This document shows, piece by piece, positions 27,463 through 36,531 of a DNA stretch of 36,531 bases. The stretch's first letter is position 1. Each line of letters opens with the position of its first letter. The position numbers were made by a program, and so were the translations under genes. This stretch comes from Actinobacteria bacterium BACL15 MAG-120619-bin91 (lineage in GTDB: Bacteria; Actinomycetota; Actinomycetes; Nanopelagicales; Nanopelagicaceae): the NCBI GenBank assembly GCA_001438925.1, contig LIAM01000001.1:1-36531 (forward strand), read 5' to 3'. Below the pieces are notes generated by a model that was given only the letters and a program-made list of their open reading frames with translations, made no database searches and had not been told where the DNA came from.

Positions 27463-27846
27463 TTATGCGCCGAGCGCTGTAGCGATACCGCGCAACACAC
27501 GACCAAGACGATCCGCCTCTTGTGCATTGGGGTGACGTCCATGGCGCAAACCATTGCCGACCTTGTCCAACATCTTGATTGTGTCCTCAATCATCGCTGC
27601 AAGATCATCACTGTTAACACGTGAATTCTCTACTAATGATGGTGGGGCATCAATGATGTGTACTGATAAGGCTTGTGGGCCTTTACGGCTGTCAGCAATA
27701 GAAAACTCAAGCTTTGTTCCAGGCTTTACCGTTGCAACACCCTCTGGAAGAGAGGTTGCAGCTAGATAAACATCTTCGCCTTCATCATTTGCAATGAAGC
27801 CGAAGCCTTTTTCCAATGAGAACCATTTAACGTGTCCTGTAGGCAT
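27463..27846 (-). CDS. Cold-shock domain protein with C-terminal helical extension (actinobacterial CspB-like)
   Basis: MPTG.VKWF..EKGFGFI, G..LEF.IAD.RKGPQAL; AAGGAG RBS. Confidence 0.92.
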   Translation of the reverse strand: MPTGHVKWFSLEKGFGFIANDEGEDVYLAATSLPEGVATVKPGTKLEFSIADSRKGPQALSVHIIDAPPSLVENSRVNSDDLAAMIEDTIKMLDKVGNGLRHGRHPNAQEADRLGRVLRGIATALGA

Positions 27847-27914
27847 GGGGAGGGCTCCTTGCTAGTTTTCTTTACTTGTATGTAAATAAGTATCGCGGTT
27901 GCGATAGCAGGTGG

Positions 27915-28679
27915 TTAGTTTAACACCGGCTCTGTGAAGGTCGCTTCCGAATGTGCTCCGCAGCCATGGTCCACGCTCACTACGCGTGCATCATCGGGCG
28001 AGATCGCGTTGGCGCATACGCCAAAGGTTGCGCGTAAGGATCCTGCAATTGGAATAAAGAATCCGCAACTGTGACATGGCTTTGGCGCTGCCTGGGCAAC
28101 GGGAGCGTTGGGTCCGCGCTCGCCTTCATACCAACGCTTAGCTGCCTGGTCACGACCTTCAATTGATAAAACACGTGCGCGACCTAAACCAAGTTCAATC
28201 GCCATCGCGGTATCAAGATCTTCATCTTGTGGAAGTGCTTGTTGTCCAGGAACTAATCGTGTGTCATCAACTGTGCTTGGAACAATATCGCCAACGCCAA
28301 CATCGCCCGGCAAAATTCTGTCGCGATATGGAATCCACTCAGGTGCACGTAACGCATCTGGACCTGGAAGAACTACAACATCACAAATTGTTGGTTGTGC
28401 GTCAGCGTCAACCTTTGCAATGGTGATACACCAACGCCAACCTTTATACCCTGCAAGGTTTGCCTCAAATAAGTATGTTGCAACACGATTCTCATCATCA
28501 AAATCAACTGAAACAAATCCGCCAACTTGATCCTTCTTCTCCGCCTGTTCTAAGGCAGCCTTTCGGGCAAGATCCTTTGCATCAAAGGCAACAGCGCCGC
28601 TCTTTGCTGTCATCTCCTTTTTAGGAAGTTTTTCCTTTTTGGAGGACTCTTTTTTGGAGAGTAGGGATTTCTTAGCCAT
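27915..28679 (-). CDS. DUF3027 domain protein
   Basis: GY.GWRW, LPGPDAL.APEW.P, C.SCGF, FGVCAN..SP.D..VVS.DHGCGAHSE. Confidence 0.9.
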   Translation of the reverse strand: MAKKSLLSKKESSKKEKLPKKEMTAKSGAVAFDAKDLARKAALEQAEKKDQVGGFVSVDFDDENRVATYLFEANLAGYKGWRWCITIAKVDADAQPTICDVVVLPGPDALRAPEWIPYRDRILPGDVGVGDIVPSTVDDTRLVPGQQALPQDEDLDTAMAIELGLGRARVLSIEGRDQAAKRWYEGERGPNAPVAQAAPKPCHSCGFFIPIAGSLRATFGVCANAISPDDARVVSVDHGCGAHSEATFTEPVLN

Positions 28680-28697
28680 GCGCTAAGGGTAAAGCAG

Positions 28698-28730
28698 AAC
28701 GCCGCCTCTGTGTTAATCAGAGACGGCGTT
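28698..28730 (-). terminator. Terminator after groEL
   Basis: Minus strand AACGCCGTCTCTG-ATTAACA-CAGAGGCGGCGTT followed by CTGCTTT. Confidence 0.75.
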
Positions 28731-28748
28731 ACGCGTAATGGATTGGGC

Positions 28749-30410
<1,662 letters not shown>

Positions 30411-30437
30411 TTATCACTCGCACCCCGAGAGTGCTAA
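30411..30437 (-). promoter_or_regulatory. CIRCE element (HrcA operator)
   Basis: Minus strand TTAGCACTC-N9-GAGTGATAA, one mismatch from the consensus TTAGCACTC-N9-GAGTGCTAA. Confidence 0.93.
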
Positions 30438-30442
30438 CGCCA

Positions 30443-30471
30443 AATCTAGAGCCTTTATTTCCGAGGCGCAA
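30443..30471 (-). promoter_or_regulatory. groEL promoter
   Basis: Minus strand TTGCGC-N17-TAGATT immediately upstream of CIRCE. Confidence 0.7.
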
Positions 30472-30487
30472 AACGAGGGGGTGGGGT

Positions 30488-30751
30488 CTAGCGGGCTATA
30501 CGTGTGGCCATACGGGCCTCACGTAGGCGGCGAAGACGCTTAACTAGCATTGGTGAGGCGGCTAGGGCGTCATCGCGGTCGATCAGATCATTTAATAGTT
30601 GGTAGTAACGAGGTGCGGTTACATCAAATAGCTCTTTGATTGCAGCCTCTTTGGCCCCGGCATAGCGCCACCAATTGCCTTCAAAATCCAGGATTCGAAC
30701 TTCAAGGTCGCTCAGGCCAGTATTGATCGCTGACTCTTCTTGTGCGGACAT
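30488..30751 (-). CDS. DUF3263 domain protein
   Basis: [18 protein letters not shown]…..RYYQ.LN.LID…AL…PMLV.RLRR.R; typical neighbour of groEL2. Confidence 0.9.
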   Translation of the reverse strand: MSAQEESAINTGLSDLEVRILDFEGNWWRYAGAKEAAIKELFDVTAPRYYQLLNDLIDRDDALAASPMLVKRLRRLREARMATRIAR

Positions 30752-30806
30752 GGGGTAAATCTTAGGTCAGAGATAGCCAAATGTGTGGGAAGTCAGCAGC
30801 TGTGAT

Positions 30807-32153
30807 TTATAGCCTGTCCAGAATCATTTGAATATCGCTAATTTTTGTCCATGGATTAACGATTGCAAATCGCAGAATTGGTTGGCCATTGTGGGATGAG
30901 GGCGGAATAAAGCCCACCTGATCTTCAAGAAGTTGATCGCTCCACTCTTGATAATCAGCAGCTGCCCAACCTTTTCGAGTAAAGGCAACAATTGAAAGCT
31001 CTGGTTCGCACAGTAAATCCAAATTGGGATTGTTACGAACTAATTCAGCGGCCTCTTTTGCAACTGTCAAGGTTTGCTCCATAGCCTCTGTGTACGCATC
31101 TGTTCCGTGAGCAGCAAGTGAGAACCAAAATGGTAAGCCACGAGTTCTGCGGGTTAAGTTAATTGCATAATCTGATGGAGACCATTGATCATCTTTCAAT
31201 GTATCTAGGTATGAAGCGTGCTGCGAATGTGTCTCTTTAGCTAATGCAGGGTCGCGATACACAAGTGCACAAGCATCGTAAGGTGCAAACAGCCATTTAT
31301 GTGGATCAACGATAAATGAATCAGCTTTTTCAACACCATCAAAATCTGATCGAACAGATGGGGCGCACAAGGCCGCTAATCCGTAAGCACCATCAACATG
31401 GAACCAAATATCCCGATCTCTAGCAGCTTTGCCTAACCCCTTTAAGTCATCAATAATTCCTAAGTTTGTTGTTCCAGATGTACCAACAACGGCAAAGACG
31501 CGGTTATTAGTGGTTGCATGTAAATTATCTATCGCTTCTGCAACAGCTGCACCCTGCAATTTACCCTTGGAATCAACTGGAACTTTAAGAATATCTACAT
31601 CCATAACATTGGCCGCTGATGCAATGGATGAGTGTGCCTCTGCACTGCAGGCAATTACCCACCGTCCTGCAAATGAGTGTTTTTTGCGAGCCTCTGCACG
31701 TGCAACGACTAAGGCTGAAAGATTTCCGATAGTTCCGCCCTGCACAAATACACCACCAGCTGTTGCTGGTAGCCCAGCTAAATCAATTAGCCATTGAATC
31801 GCTTGGTTTTCGGCAAAGACTGCGCCAGCACCCTCTTGCCAAGATCCACCATACAAAGCACTTGCTCCAACAACTAGATCAAAAAGGTTGGCATACTCGC
31901 TGGGCGCTGATGGAATGAAAGCTAAGTTGCGGGGATGATCAGTTGAGATACAGGCCTTTGCTAAAACATTTGTAAATACCTCAAGCGCTTCATGGCCACC
32001 TAAACCCTTTGCAGTGATGGTGTTTCCGACCTCATCAAAGAGATCTTCGGCAGAACGTGGACCATCTAGGGGTGGATCATCCTTTAAACGTTCAAGGCTG
32101 TACCTCAAAATTTCAGCGGCAAGCGCCTCTACTTCGGGTGTGAACTCATGCAT
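30807..32153 (-). CDS. Group II PLP-dependent amino-acid decarboxylase
   Basis: GGT.GNL.AL, AHSS, GTTN.G.IDD, WFHVDGAYG, DS..VDPHKW (PLP lysine). Substrate unknown. Confidence 0.9.
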   Translation of the reverse strand: MHEFTPEVEALAAEILRYSLERLKDDPPLDGPRSAEDLFDEVGNTITAKGLGGHEALEVFTNVLAKACISTDHPRNLAFIPSAPSEYANLFDLVVGASALYGGSWQEGAGAVFAENQAIQWLIDLAGLPATAGGVFVQGGTIGNLSALVVARAEARKKHSFAGRWVIACSAEAHSSIASAANVMDVDILKVPVDSKGKLQGAAVAEAIDNLHATTNNRVFAVVGTSGTTNLGIIDDLKGLGKAARDRDIWFHVDGAYGLAALCAPSVRSDFDGVEKADSFIVDPHKWLFAPYDACALVYRDPALAKETHSQHASYLDTLKDDQWSPSDYAINLTRRTRGLPFWFSLAAHGTDAYTEAMEQTLTVAKEAAELVRNNPNLDLLCEPELSIVAFTRKGWAAADYQEWSDQLLEDQVGFIPPSSHNGQPILRFAIVNPWTKISDIQMILDRL

Positions 32154-33627
32154 CCTTCTTTGCTTTCTTCACAATATTTCTAAGCATCGTTGGGAAAACA
32201 AATAAGTGAAATGGTGAGACCGCATACCAATACAACTGACCACCTAATCCGCGTGGAACAAATGTTGCCTCCTGAACAATCTTGGTCTTGCCATACTCAC
32301 GTGTAACTGTAAATTCCAGCCATGCCTTTCCTGGTAGCACCATTTCGGCGTACAGCTTTAATCTGCGACCTGGTTCTAGTTCTTCTACCCGCCAAAAATC
32401 TAAACTCTCGCCAACACGTAAGAAATCAGGATCACGACGACCGCGGCGTAGACCAACTCCGCCCACTAAGAAACGATCCAGTACGCCACGTGCCCACCAC
32501 AATAAATCTGAACCAAACCAACCATTTTCTCCCCCGATGCGCTCTACCTGACGCCATACCTTTTCTTCAGAGACATCTGTAATACGTTCACGTCGATCCC
32601 GCAGAGTCATTTCACCCGCCCAATCAGGATCTCCCTGCGCCTTTTGCCACGGTGCTGTTGGCATAGTGGCATCGGACCAGCGTGTTTCAACGTTATGGGT
32701 AGTGATCTTTGAAAGTGCTAACTGGATTGCATTTTCTACATCGATTAAACCTTCGGCAGGCTTTGGAATGAGTGCATCAATACTCTTTGCAGGATCGGCA
32801 ACAACTTCGCTGATGAGCGAACCAACTAGTGGTCGTGCAAGTGCGGTTGGCACGGGTGTCACTAGACCGATCCACAAGCTCGATAAACCGGGGGTTAAGA
32901 CTGGAACCCTAATAATCCAACGCTTCTTTAATCCAGATAACTTTGCAAACTTTTGCATCATGTCGGCGTATGACAAGACCTCGGGACCGCCAATATCAAA
33001 GACCTTATTAACCGGCTGATCTAAATGTGCCACCGCCTTGAGATAGTACAAAACATCTCGGATTGCGATTGGATGGGTCTTATTCATCACCCACTTGGGT
33101 GTTGTCATAATTGGCAAGCGGTGGGTTAGGTGACGCAACATCTCGAAACTGGCAGAGCCCGATCCAATAATGATTCCTGCGCGAAGCTCTAAAACAGCAA
33201 CAGATGTTGTCGCTAAGGATTTGCCTGTCATCTCGCGGGATGCAAGGTGCTTACTAATATTTTTATCATTGGCAATTCCGCCCAGGTAAATGATCTGCGA
33301 AACCCCTGCTTCTTGGGCGGCTTTTGCAAAGTTGCGGGCCATCTCACTTTCAATCTCATCAAAGTGTGGACCTAAATTAATCGAATGCAGTAGGTAAAAA
33401 GCTGTATGAACACCTTCAAGCGCCCTTTGTAAGTCGACGAAGTTCTCGGCACTTCCCTCGCAAATATCAACTAGTTGTGCCCATGGCTGACCCATAATCT
33501 TGTTCTTATCGCGTACCAAAATTCGAACATCCTCTTTGTCATCGATAAATGCACGGACTAAACGTCCGCCGACGTATCCAGAGGCCCCTGTGACCAGGTA
33601 CTTGCGATCTTCATTATGCGGGTTCAT
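32146..33627 (-). CDS. YbjT-like NAD(P)-binding SDR with C-terminal DUF2867
   Basis: VTGASGYVG, HL.SR, LRAGIIIGSGSASFE, IGG..GW, LDFWRVE, AEM.LPG.AWLEF, P.GL.G.LYW. Start moved to ATG 33627. Confidence 0.9.
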   Translation of the reverse strand: MNPHNEDRKYLVTGASGYVGGRLVRAFIDDKEDVRILVRDKNKIMGQPWAQLVDICEGSAENFVDLQRALEGVHTAFYLLHSINLGPHFDEIESEMARNFAKAAQEAGVSQIIYLGGIANDKNISKHLASREMTGKSLATTSVAVLELRAGIIIGSGSASFEMLRHLTHRLPIMTTPKWVMNKTHPIAIRDVLYYLKAVAHLDQPVNKVFDIGGPEVLSYADMMQKFAKLSGLKKRWIIRVPVLTPGLSSLWIGLVTPVPTALARPLVGSLISEVVADPAKSIDALIPKPAEGLIDVENAIQLALSKITTHNVETRWSDATMPTAPWQKAQGDPDWAGEMTLRDRRERITDVSEEKVWRQVERIGGENGWFGSDLLWWARGVLDRFLVGGVGLRRGRRDPDFLRVGESLDFWRVEELEPGRRLKLYAEMVLPGKAWLEFTVTREYGKTKIVQEATFVPRGLGGQLYWYAVSPFHLFVFPTMLRNIVKKAKKDA

Positions 33628-33650
33628 GCTGGCAAGAATAGACTTATCCC

Positions 33651-34886
33651 ATGCAAAAGACACTCCAAAAACCTCGCGTAGTAATTTTGGGTGCCGGCTT
33701 TGGGGGATTAACCGCAGCCCGCAAAATGGCGGATTTTGCCCAGGTAACTGTGGTTGATCGCCACAACTTCCAAACATTTTTGCCCTTGTTGTATCAGGTA
33801 TCTACCGCAGGATTGGCAGCAGATCATGTGGCTCACCCGATTCGTGGTGCGTTGCGTAAAACTGGCATTCAATTTCGAATGGGATCTCCAATCTCTGTTG
33901 ATCACAAAAATAAAAATGTGAAGTTAGATAGCAGTGAGGTTTTAGAATTTGATTATCTAGTTGTGGCTCTAGGATCAGCAACAGCTGACTTTGGTATCCC
34001 TGGGGTCACCGAACATGCCTTGGGCATGAAAAGCGTCCATGAAGCGCTAGCGATTCGCGCCGAAGTTTTGCGACGATTTGAGGATCTATGCCGCTTTGAA
34101 GATGAGACGATATTTTCAATTTCAGTAGTTGGTGGCGGACCGACTGGAGTCGAAATGGCCGGAGCCTTCGCAGAACTTGTTCGTGGGCCGCTCAAGCATG
34201 ATCAACGACATGCAGCAGCACACATCAAAATTAATTTAATTGAAGCAGGTCCTCGCATCTTGCCGATGTTTTCTGAAAGGCTTTCTGCGCATGGCAAAAA
34301 AGATCTTGAAAAACTTGGTGTGACGGTGCACTTAAACACCGCGGTTAAAGAGATTAAGCCTCGCAGCATTGAAGTCAGTGATGGAAGCAAGATCCCATCT
34401 GAGGTAACAATTTGGGCCGCTGGCGTGAAGGGAGAACCAACAGGTGCGATATTAAATTTGCCATTGGTTAATACACGTATCGATGTCCAAAATACCTTGC
34501 AGGTTAAGAACTATCCTCACATCTTTGCAATCGGTGATATTGCAGGTTTTATCGGAGAAAATGGTCGAATGTTGCCAATGGTTGCACCAGTTGCAATGCA
34601 ACAAGGCCGACATGTTGCAAAACAGATCAAGAGCCTTGCTTTAGGTGCGGATTTAAAGCCTTTCAAATACATCGATAAAGGTTCTATGGCAACAATCGGT
34701 CGTCATAAGGCGATCGTTGAAGTAAAAAGCCTTCGAATGACTGGAATTCCAGCCTGGTATGCCTGGTTGTGGCTTCACCTGTTTTACCTATTGGGTGGAC
34801 GCAACAAGATCGGCACCATGGCGGACTGGACATATAACTATTTAACATTTGATCGTGGTAATCGACACATTATGGATTCGGTGTAA
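33651..34886 (+). CDS. ndh: Type II NADH dehydrogenase family FAD oxidoreductase
   Basis: GAGFGG, F.PLLYQV.T, VGGGPTGVEMAG, WAAGV, FAIGD, P.VAPVAMQQG, Y.DKGSMATIGR. Confidence 0.9.
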   Translation: MQKTLQKPRVVILGAGFGGLTAARKMADFAQVTVVDRHNFQTFLPLLYQVSTAGLAADHVAHPIRGALRKTGIQFRMGSPISVDHKNKNVKLDSSEVLEFDYLVVALGSATADFGIPGVTEHALGMKSVHEALAIRAEVLRRFEDLCRFEDETIFSISVVGGGPTGVEMAGAFAELVRGPLKHDQRHAAAHIKINLIEAGPRILPMFSERLSAHGKKDLEKLGVTVHLNTAVKEIKPRSIEVSDGSKIPSEVTIWAAGVKGEPTGAILNLPLVNTRIDVQNTLQVKNYPHIFAIGDIAGFIGENGRMLPMVAPVAMQQGRHVAKQIKSLALGADLKPFKYIDKGSMATIGRHKAIVEVKSLRMTGIPAWYAWLWLHLFYLLGGRNKIGTMADWTYNYLTFDRGNRHIMDSV

Positions 34887-35671
34887 TGCCTGAGTACTTA
34901 AAGGTCGATGGCCATGATCTTTACTGTTATGAATGGGATAACGATGGCGAAGCTATTGTTTTACTCCATGGCGGTTTAAGTAAGACATCTAGCTGGGATT
35001 ACTTATTAGTTCCTGCACTTGAAGCTGATTTCCATGTATTTGCCTATGATCGCACCGCGCATGGCTTTACCGCTGATCGGCCCGGAAGCTTGCACTTTTC
35101 CTTCCAAACACATGAGGCGATCGCCTATTTAGAAACGGTTGTAAAAGAGCCGGCACATTTAGTGGGGTACTCAGATGGTGCGGTGATCGCTTTGCTGGTT
35201 GCTATCCAGCGCCCAGATCTGGTCAAATCAGTTATTTCTATTGGTGGCAACTACCACTATTCAGGAGTTGATTATGAGATGGGAGAGCCTTCAGTATCTG
35301 AGGAAGATTTAGCCGAATACACACTGGTTTCTCCGGATGCACCACACACCTTGTTGGAAAAAGTTATTCGGATGTTCAAAATTTGGGAGACAGAGCCTGA
35401 TATTTCAAAGCAACAGTTAGCGCAGATTCAGTGCCCTGTACTTGTTGTTTCAGGTGATGATGACATGGTCTCCTTGAAGCACACACAAGAGTTGTATGAG
35501 GCTTTGGCTTTAGGTCAACTAGCGGTACTTCCTGGAACATCACATGCGTTGGTAAAGGAAAAACCAGAGCTATTTATCACATTAATGATGCAATTTTTAG
35601 AGGATTTAACCTATCCAGTAACGATGGTGCCAAACCGAAGAGTAAATCCGATTAGCATTCAACCGGAGTAA
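34886..35671 (+). CDS. Alpha/beta fold hydrolase
   Basis: LLHGG, GYSDG nucleophile elbow, GDDD, PGTSH; TAATG overlap with ndh. Confidence 0.9.
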   Translation: MPEYLKVDGHDLYCYEWDNDGEAIVLLHGGLSKTSSWDYLLVPALEADFHVFAYDRTAHGFTADRPGSLHFSFQTHEAIAYLETVVKEPAHLVGYSDGAVIALLVAIQRPDLVKSVISIGGNYHYSGVDYEMGEPSVSEEDLAEYTLVSPDAPHTLLEKVIRMFKIWETEPDISKQQLAQIQCPVLVVSGDDDMVSLKHTQELYEALALGQLAVLPGTSHALVKEKPELFITLMMQFLEDLTYPVTMVPNRRVNPISIQPE

Positions 35672-36170
35672 TTTTTCCTGTCGTAACATCGTAAATTGCT
35701 CCACCTACAACAACATCCTTGTTTAAGAATGGGAATGCGCGAATTCTGCTGACATCCATTGCAAGTGCTTTTTCCTGATCCTTTGCAGTTCTAAACTCGA
35801 GGCTTCGGGTATCAACACCAAACTCTTTTTGAATATGCTCATGGATATCTGCTTCTTCGGCAGATGCCATTCGGCAGTTTGTGTGTGGCAGGACAAGAAT
35901 CTTCTTAACACCCAGCAGATATGTTGCAAGGACTAGAGTTCTGAGCACATCCTCAGTCACGCGCGCACCAGCGTTACGTAAAATCTTTGCATCTCCTGAT
36001 TGCATACCCATAATCGATAAAGGATTGATACGTGAATCCATGCAGGTCACAATCGCTAGCCCCTTTTGGGCAACACCTGTGAGACCTGAGTATTTAAAGG
36101 TTTTGATGTACTCATCATTGGCTGCAAGTTCTTTAGAGAATGCATCATGAGGGAATGAGTTGTTGTTCAT
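35652..36170 (-). CDS. Beta-class carbonic anhydrase
   Basis: Zinc motifs TCMDSR and HTNC, RNAGARV, G..YDV.TG. True start is ATG 36170, after GAGGAG. Confidence 0.93.
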   Translation of the reverse strand: MNNNSFPHDAFSKELAANDEYIKTFKYSGLTGVAQKGLAIVTCMDSRINPLSIMGMQSGDAKILRNAGARVTEDVLRTLVLATYLLGVKKILVLPHTNCRMASAEEADIHEHIQKEFGVDTRSLEFRTAKDQEKALAMDVSRIRAFPFLNKDVVVGGAIYDVTTGKITPVEC

Positions 36171-36214
36171 CTCTACTCCTCTCGTCGAAAGGCAGTACTG
36201 GCTTGCGAAAGAAC

Positions 36215-36289
36215 TGGAGCCCCCCGTCAGGATTGAACTGACGACCTGCGCATTACAAGTGCGCTGCTCTACCACTGAGCTAGAGAGGC
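36215..36289 (-). tRNA. tRNA-Thr (anticodon TGT), CCA encoded
   Basis: GCCTCTC…GCGCA-CTTGTAA-TGCGC…GTCAG-TTCAATC-CTGAC-GGGGGGC-T-CCA. Confidence 0.96.
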
Positions 36290-36392
36290 CTGCTCTTCGA
36301 GTCGCCCCGAATGCAGCAGCCGTAATTATGGCAGTGTTGGGCCAAATCTTAAAATCCAATAGATACGGCTCGCTCACCGATAGGTTGGCCAC

Positions 36393-36531
36393 ATGCGATT
36401 AGGGGTTCTCGATGTGGGCTCAAACACCATCCACCTTCAGGTGATGGATGCACATCCTGGGGCACGACCTACCCCAGCAACCAATTACAAAGTAGAACTT
36501 CGGCTAACCGAGTATTTGAACGCAGATGGTG
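36393..36531 (+). CDS. Ppx/GppA family phosphatase, 5' part (runs off the window)
   Basis: [26 protein letters not shown]…K.ELRL; TAGGTT 6 nt before the ATG. Confidence 0.9.
   Translation, partial: MRLGVLDVGSNTIHLQVMDAHPGARPTPATNYKVELRLTEYLNADG

Noticed and set aside
33628-33777. N-terminal extension of the YbjT-like SDR
   Set aside because: It overlaps ndh; the Rossmann motif begins just after ATG 33627.
36171-36392. 74-aa N-terminal extension of the carbonic anhydrase in the ORF track
   Set aside because: It runs through tRNA-Thr; ATG 36170 has a strong SD.

Overview
Densely packed core-chromosome segment of a small, moderate-GC actinobacterium. Gene content and compaction resemble freshwater acI (Ca. 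Nanopelagicales/Planktophila-like); this is an inference, not a database result. Contents in order: copC-like/copD-ctaG/acyl-CoA dehydrogenase operon; FmdB zinc ribbon; MMPL transporter; purU; tRNA-Arg(CCT); saccharopine dehydrogenase-like/GMC oxidase/SDR operon; a secreted coiled-coil protein; a membrane GGDEF protein; DNA photolyase; an esterase; a maltodextrin cluster (malE-malF-malG, secreted alpha-amylase, cytoplasmic GH13); frameshifted pdxH; serC; two MFS transporters; DUF2530; a cold-shock protein; DUF3027; groEL2 with CIRCE; DUF3263; PLP decarboxylase; YbjT-like SDR; ndh; an alpha/beta hydrolase; beta-carbonic anhydrase; tRNA-Thr(TGT); and the start of a Ppx/GppA gene. I saw no mobile element, CRISPR array, prophage or defence system, and I cannot support a claim of a large new system. 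The best leads are a CopC homologue lacking its copper ligands with a possibly switchable leader, two small ORFs missing from the ORF track, exported proteins without a lipid anchor, pervasive leaderless and overlapping bidirectional promoters, an intact diguanylate cyclase, and the pdxH frameshift.
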